A DNA stretch of 64,000 nt from Octopus sinensis. Lineage: Eukaryota. Positions 61,700 through 64,000 of this stretch are shown one piece after another (the first letter of the stretch is position 1; each line of letters opens with the position of its first letter). A model generated the notes under the pieces. It saw only the letters and a program-made list of their open reading frames with translations. It was not told the origin of the DNA and ran no database searches. The stretch is taken from positions 88,722,001 to 88,786,000 of the forward strand of contig NC_042999.1 of assembly GCF_006345805.1 (NCBI RefSeq), written 5' to 3'. The translations under genes were made by a program, and so were the position numbers.

Positions 61700-62195
61700 T
61701 TGCATGCACGACAGAGTGTAAATAATTTAAGAAGAAAACTTGGTGTAAGAGGTGTCAGATATTATGTGCAAGACAAAGACTGCACTAGTTTGCTTATGTG
61801 ATGTGCATGGATTAGGACAGCTGCATAAAGAAGTGCTGAGTTTTAATAGTGAAAGGAACCTGTTGAAGGGGTAGACCAAGGAAGACGTGGGACAAAGTGG
61901 TGAGAAAAGCTCTTTAGATGTTGGGCTTCTCTGAGGAAATGATAAGGGCTGGAAGTTGTAGCAGTTTGTTGTACTTAAGATGTACCAAGCTAAGTAAAAT
62001 TCATAATACAGGCTTGTCCTTTACAGGTGCTGGTGCCACAGAGAAGCAGTCAGTACATTCTGTAAAGTGGTTGGTGTTAGGAAGGGCATCCAGGCATAGA
62101 AACCAAGCCACAATAAACACTTGGTGTCTAGACAGCTCTCTGGCTGACCAGCTCCATGTCTATGCCAGCATGGAAAGTGGGCATTAATGATGATT
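61700..62195 (+). mobile_element. RTE LINE 3' end: ORF2 C-terminus contiguous with the shared tail
   Basis: HDRQSVNNLRRKLGVRGVRYYVQD.RLH*F..VM.MD*DSCIKKC..RGRPRKTWDKVV, then ggttggtgttaggaagggcatccag...gcatggaaagtgggcattaatgatgat. Confidence 0.85.
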
Positions 62196-62249
62196 ATATA
62201 TATATACACACATAGATACATATATTTATGCATATGTATATATGTAACT

Positions 62250-62748
62250 ATAAGCCAAGTGAAATTATTGTTGTGACCATTGTCAGTGTCACATAACTGG
62301 CACCCATGCTGGTATCACATAAAAAGCACCTTTTGAGCATTAGGCCTTATGGGGGCACTGTGGCCAATGCTGGTTTCACAGAACTAGCAACCATGTTGGT
62401 AACACATAAAAAGAGCCTTTTGAGCATTGGGCTCAAGTCATGGAAGCAATGACAAGTGACCAAGCTTTTTGACAATATGTTGCACTTGAGAAGGAAGATC
62501 CATCAAACCAAGTAAAATTGTAGTTCTGGGAGATACTGGTGACACGCAACTGGCACCCATGCTGGTAGCACATAAAAGCACCCATTACACTCTGGGCGTG
62601 ATTGGTGTTAAGAAGGGCATCCAGCCATAGAAACCATGCTAAATCAGATTGGAATCTGGTACAGCCCCTCAGCTTACCAGACATTGTCAAACCGTCCAAC
62701 TCATATCAGCATGGACAATGAACACTAAATGATGATGATGATGATGAT
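62250..62748 (+). mobile_element. RTE 3' end with duplicated ORF-end/UTR segments and (GAT)n tail
   Basis: ccaagtgaaatt...cacataaaaagcacc units flank MEAMTSDQAF*QYVALEK, the ORF2 terminal codons. Confidence 0.75.
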
Positions 62749-64000
62749 GAATATATATATATGTATGTATGTATATGTATATGTGTGTGTGTAATGTATT
62801 ATATGCTTTGTAACTCTTTTTGCATGACATATTTTCTATTGCATGTATGGGCCCTTGAGGCCAATAAATAAAAGATTGTTATTGCTGATGTTGTTGTTAT
62901 TTCCACTACTGTTAAACAGATGAGTATAACAAAATACAAACATCAAACATTATCAGTAAAGATTCATTTCAGATATACAGATCTTTAAAATTAACACAGC
63001 CTGCCAACATATAATCATTTGTTATTTGCTCTCATGCATTTCAGAAAATATTAAGTGGTCACTTGAGACCAGTCAAATTTATTTTTTGTATTGATTTACC
63101 AGTATAGATTAGGAAATAAATATCTTATCAATAAGAGACATGAAATCCATCTTCTACTCATCAGAAAAGAAAACCAAGCTGAAAAATTTGGTTACAAAAC
63201 TAAATCGTATTTATTCAGTGTAGTCTTATATGATTGAAAACATATTAAAAAAATCTCCAGCAAATTATAAAGTATATCCCCCAATAAAAGAAACATACAC
63301 AATGCAATCATCCACTTGTATATTTTAGTTGAGGTATTTTCTGTAGATGCTAGCGGACAATCATAGCCACGCATGCACAAATGTGTTTGCTCACCCATGT
63401 GTTAGCAGATTCATAGTTGAATAAACAGTACCGCTAGCAATGAACTAATTACACACTATTGATCAGTGAATTTGAGCAACTTGCTCATCAAACAACACAG
63501 CCAATCAATAGATGAGTTCTAGTTTGTCATTTTCTTCTCAATCTTTTTCTCCCTTTATCTAGCAAAATTATACAAATTGAAATAAAATAAAAATAATATT
63601 GAAGTATTTCAAATGAAATAAGCTTCAGGTTTCCAAACTTTAAGTAAATATTTCAGAAATTCAACTAAACTTTATTTCTTATTAGAATTTGTCTAATGTT
63701 AATCATTTGTGGTCAAATTAAATTTTCCCTGTATTTATTTTTCATATGTTGAATGGTTAGATTAATAAAAGAAAAATACCCTGTTTTATCGCAGAATGTT
63801 TCCCTGCCTATCTAACATCAATCATAATTATTAAATAGCGTTGGAACTTCTTTTCAGCAAGATAAATTGATCAGTTAAATGTATGTCTTCTATTTGTTGA
63901 CTTGTATATTTCAATCAATTTCAAATTGAACATCTAGAAATGCAGAAATTAAACAATGTGTATATAGAAACTAAAAAAATATTAATCAGTTTATATATGC

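Noticed and set aside
63348-63439. 9-bp inverted repeat tgctagcgg/ccgctagca as the terminal stem of an ncRNA
   Set aside because: No C/D or H/ACA boxes and no convincing internal pairing.

Overview
AT-rich, microsatellite-dense eukaryotic DNA, intronic or intergenic. The repeat repertoire looks like a coleoid cephalopod (Octopus-like); this is inference from recall, not a database hit. No intact host gene, tRNA/rRNA gene or CRISPR array can be supported, and most entries in the ORF track are microsatellite or low-complexity artefacts. The window is mostly decayed transposable elements: four Penelope-like (PLE) RT/GIY-YIG remnants, a full-length dead DD34D mariner with TIRs, two internally deleted DD37D (maT) copies, a 5'-truncated CR1-like LINE, many RTE-LINE 3' ends with (GAT)n tails and a variable ~60-bp internal array, several modular tRNA-derived SINE families (working labels A1/A2, B1/B2, C1/C2), a 399-bp Helitron, piggyBac- and mariner-type MITEs, two fold-back palindromes and a THAP-domain pseudo-exon. 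Most worth following up: three hammerhead-ribozyme-like motifs, a 33-bp-stem pre-miRNA-like hairpin, an in-frame Asn-rich insertion in a PLE linker, a dimeric tandem array in an RTE 3' UTR, a SINE split by three insertions in its internal microsatellite, and a few orphan exon candidates. Element boundaries without a TSD or TIR are approximate, and all translations and alignments were done by eye.
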